Shown here: in pieces, positions 61,739-64,000 of the stretch
Numbering within the stretch: the first letter of the stretch is position 1
Layout: every line of letters begins with the position of its first letter
Assembly: GCA_040954595.2 (NCBI GenBank)
Contig: CM082593.2
Coordinates: forward strand, 1,498,901-1,562,900
Reading direction: 5' to 3'
Source of the DNA: Balanoglossus misakiensis
Lineage: Eukaryota > Animalia > Hemichordata
DNA length: 64,000 nucleotides
The notes under the pieces: generated by a model
Database searches by the model: none
Told to the model about the DNA's origin: nothing
What the model saw: the letters and a program-made list of their open reading frames with translations, nothing else
Made by a program: the position numbers and the translations under genes

Positions 61739-62020
61739 TCAAACAGGCGCTAACAATAAACCGTTGTTCCGCTAGGCAATAGAACTAGGCTTCTCACTAT
61801 CAGCACCTATGTCCTACCCTCAATACGGTACAAAATGAACTCCCAGCGCATAGACTCAGTGTTTAATCCTCCCCGGATTAACAAGAATGAAGCGTTTTGC
61901 GGGGTTTTTGATGCCTCTACTGTGCTTTTTGCGAGCTGTTGTAGTTCGACTAAATCTGCTATGCTATCTAAATGCTCCACTAGGGGGCTCATTTTGAGGG
62001 CTTAGCTACCGTCTGTTTAA
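61739..62020. mobile_element. Degenerate TTAA-ended MITE-like element containing a CTCF-like motif
   Basis: Left TCAAACAGGCGCTAAC versus reverse complement of right TTAAACAGACGGTAGC (12/16); internal CCACTAGGGGGCTC at 61977-61990. Confidence 0.45.
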
Positions 62021-64000
62021 CAGTGTAAACAAGTTTGGTCAGTAGCACATGAAGAGGGGATTTAACGTTATGAACTCTGTAGGCAGGGACAATAACAGCA
62101 CAAAAAATACAAAAGGCTGTGTGTAGACACCCTGTTCAGAAAAAAAACACTGAAATTTCCTCTAATGGCCAAATTGTTATTCATAGGAATTTTCTTAGAA
62201 GGATCTCACTCATAAGAATAACATTTTAAAATACTTTTATTGTTCAATACTGTTTATTTGATTACTACTCGACAAAAAAGATAGAAAAAGAATTTGGCAA
62301 GGATCCAGCATCCAAGTTTCAGACTGTTTCATATTTCTGCTTTGTTTACTGTAAAATTCTGAATCATCTAAAATTTATCAATATCTTATTTGTAAAATTT
62401 AATTCCCGCCTCGCAGATAAATTTCTTCAAGGTCTTTTCTCTGTTCTTTTTCTGAACCTAACCCACACGCTTTTAAATCAATTTTGTCCATGAAGCACAT
62501 TGTGAATAACCTGCTGGAAATGTTCTCAATTTCTTCACGCCCACAGAACTAGCAAGTTATGACAATGTTGGACACGTAAACCATCACCATTTATTTCTAA
62601 GTTTTCTGCAATCCTGTCTACATATTTGATGATCTGCATGAAGTTCAATAATCAAACATTTATAACAGTGTCGTGACTGCAGGCTAAGACTTCCGTCAAG
62701 CTTTTGTGTCTTGACACTGCAAGCAGTCCACAGATATGATACCTTAGTTGAGTGTGTATGCCACTGTTGCCATGGCGATCGGTAAATTGATCTGGTTTCT
62801 GTAATCAAGTTTCACCCCAAACCGATCGAGGATAGAAAACCCACTGCTGAAAAGAAATGGCCCGACGTTAAAATTACGAAAGTGGTGGCATTTGAAAAAT
62901 GTCAGGATGGGCTCACGTACAAATTATGGCTAAATTAGCGGTGCATTTGCGTGCAGTGGAATACCGTCTTTTACGGGCTTCAACAGAGATAAATTGTTGG
63001 CTTATTATCACAATCGGATCAGGAAACAACTACCCGGTGACTGAGATTGCTGGGAAAAATAACAATTATCAGAAAATGTGATTACAGTAGATTTCTTGTC
63101 TCTGGCAAAAATTATTCTAAGAGAAGGTCAAATCATGTCGTTTCAAAATCACCGAATGTCTCTTATTTGAAACTGATATAGATGCCTGTTCACCACATAT
63201 GATATGAAGCTGAATCGAATAACAAAATTTCAGCTAGTCAGATATTTACGCAGCAAATTTCTTCAACTGTTTTCTTCCTGTATCACATTATCTGATTTTC
63301 TTCACTTTCATTTTTATGTGCGTCATTACAAAATGGCATGGGTCTCAGAATGCACTGAGCAAGGCAGTTAAATTGTCTTTACTATGGACAAAATTACTCC
63401 AAATATTCCGAGCCAATATTAAATGTTTACGTTCCTTCTTTTATGAGGAATCTTGAAAGGAGGTCGGAGGCAGCCAGAAGTGACAAAACCGTGGAGGTAG
63501 GGATATTCATGGAGTTTTTAATGAAGGCCACAAGTGGTTTTGTAGCATCATTCCCAAGGTCACCTAAGGAGTCAGAAATTTACTTTTCTCGCCAAGAGCC
63601 CACTTATCCAAACTAAGAATTTGCCCTTCAGTTCGACTAATATCAGCCGCCCCCCAAAAAGACTCTAGATTTGAAATGCGGCAATTATTTATAGATCAAA
63701 GGCTTCATTCTGATTTTCTGGCTGAAGGTCAAGACTAAATGTGTTTAAATATTGCTCATTTCTCGTAACTGACTTGTGAACAAGCACGTGAAGGCCACCG
63801 GCAGGAAGTGTTTTGCCGAGCATGAAAACAGCAAAATAGGAACTGCAGTTAGATTCTTATCATCATGATATCTCGAGTAATAACCTGAAACTAACATTTT
63901 TCTTCCATAAAATAAACAAAACATTCACTGCCTTGGAGCTGCATGGTAGAATGTTTTTATTTCATTTTCCTTCACAGAACTGATTGTACCTGTATTTTCT

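Noticed and set aside
45488-63081. Numerous 60-130 aa ORFs in the upstream intronic region
   Set aside because: No recognisable domains, no consistent splice structure, and many rely on non-ATG starts; consistent with random ORFs.

Overview
AT-rich, intron-rich animal genomic DNA, probably an invertebrate (inferred from gene structure and repeat types; the species cannot be determined from this window). Contents: (1) the last two coding exons of SEC24C (+, stop at 616); (2) a complete 14-exon, 699-aa minus-strand gene (6406->1730) encoding a predicted secreted protein with signal peptide-EGF-kringle-WSC-3x C-type-lectin domains, Kremen-like in its kringle-WSC part; (3) a candidate small plus-strand spliced ORF (6712-6844, 7013-7056) whose second splice donor lies about 10 bp before (4) a ~22.5-kb array of 87/88-bp tandem repeats. 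The array flips orientation abruptly at 23731/23732, forming a loop-less foldback with non-identical arms, and ends on the right in two 30-bp palindromes. (5) ZMIZ1 (Zimp/tonalli family, SP-RING) on the minus strand, with 16 phase-consistent coding exons from 44155 to 33868, a probable cassette micro-exon and a long 3' UTR. Its N-terminal exons were not found, so 44156-64000 is read as mostly intronic, with several small MITE-like elements and microsatellites. The 1070-aa ORF at 25852 is the translation of the stop-free 87-bp repeat. All exon boundaries were read by eye; no database searches were run.
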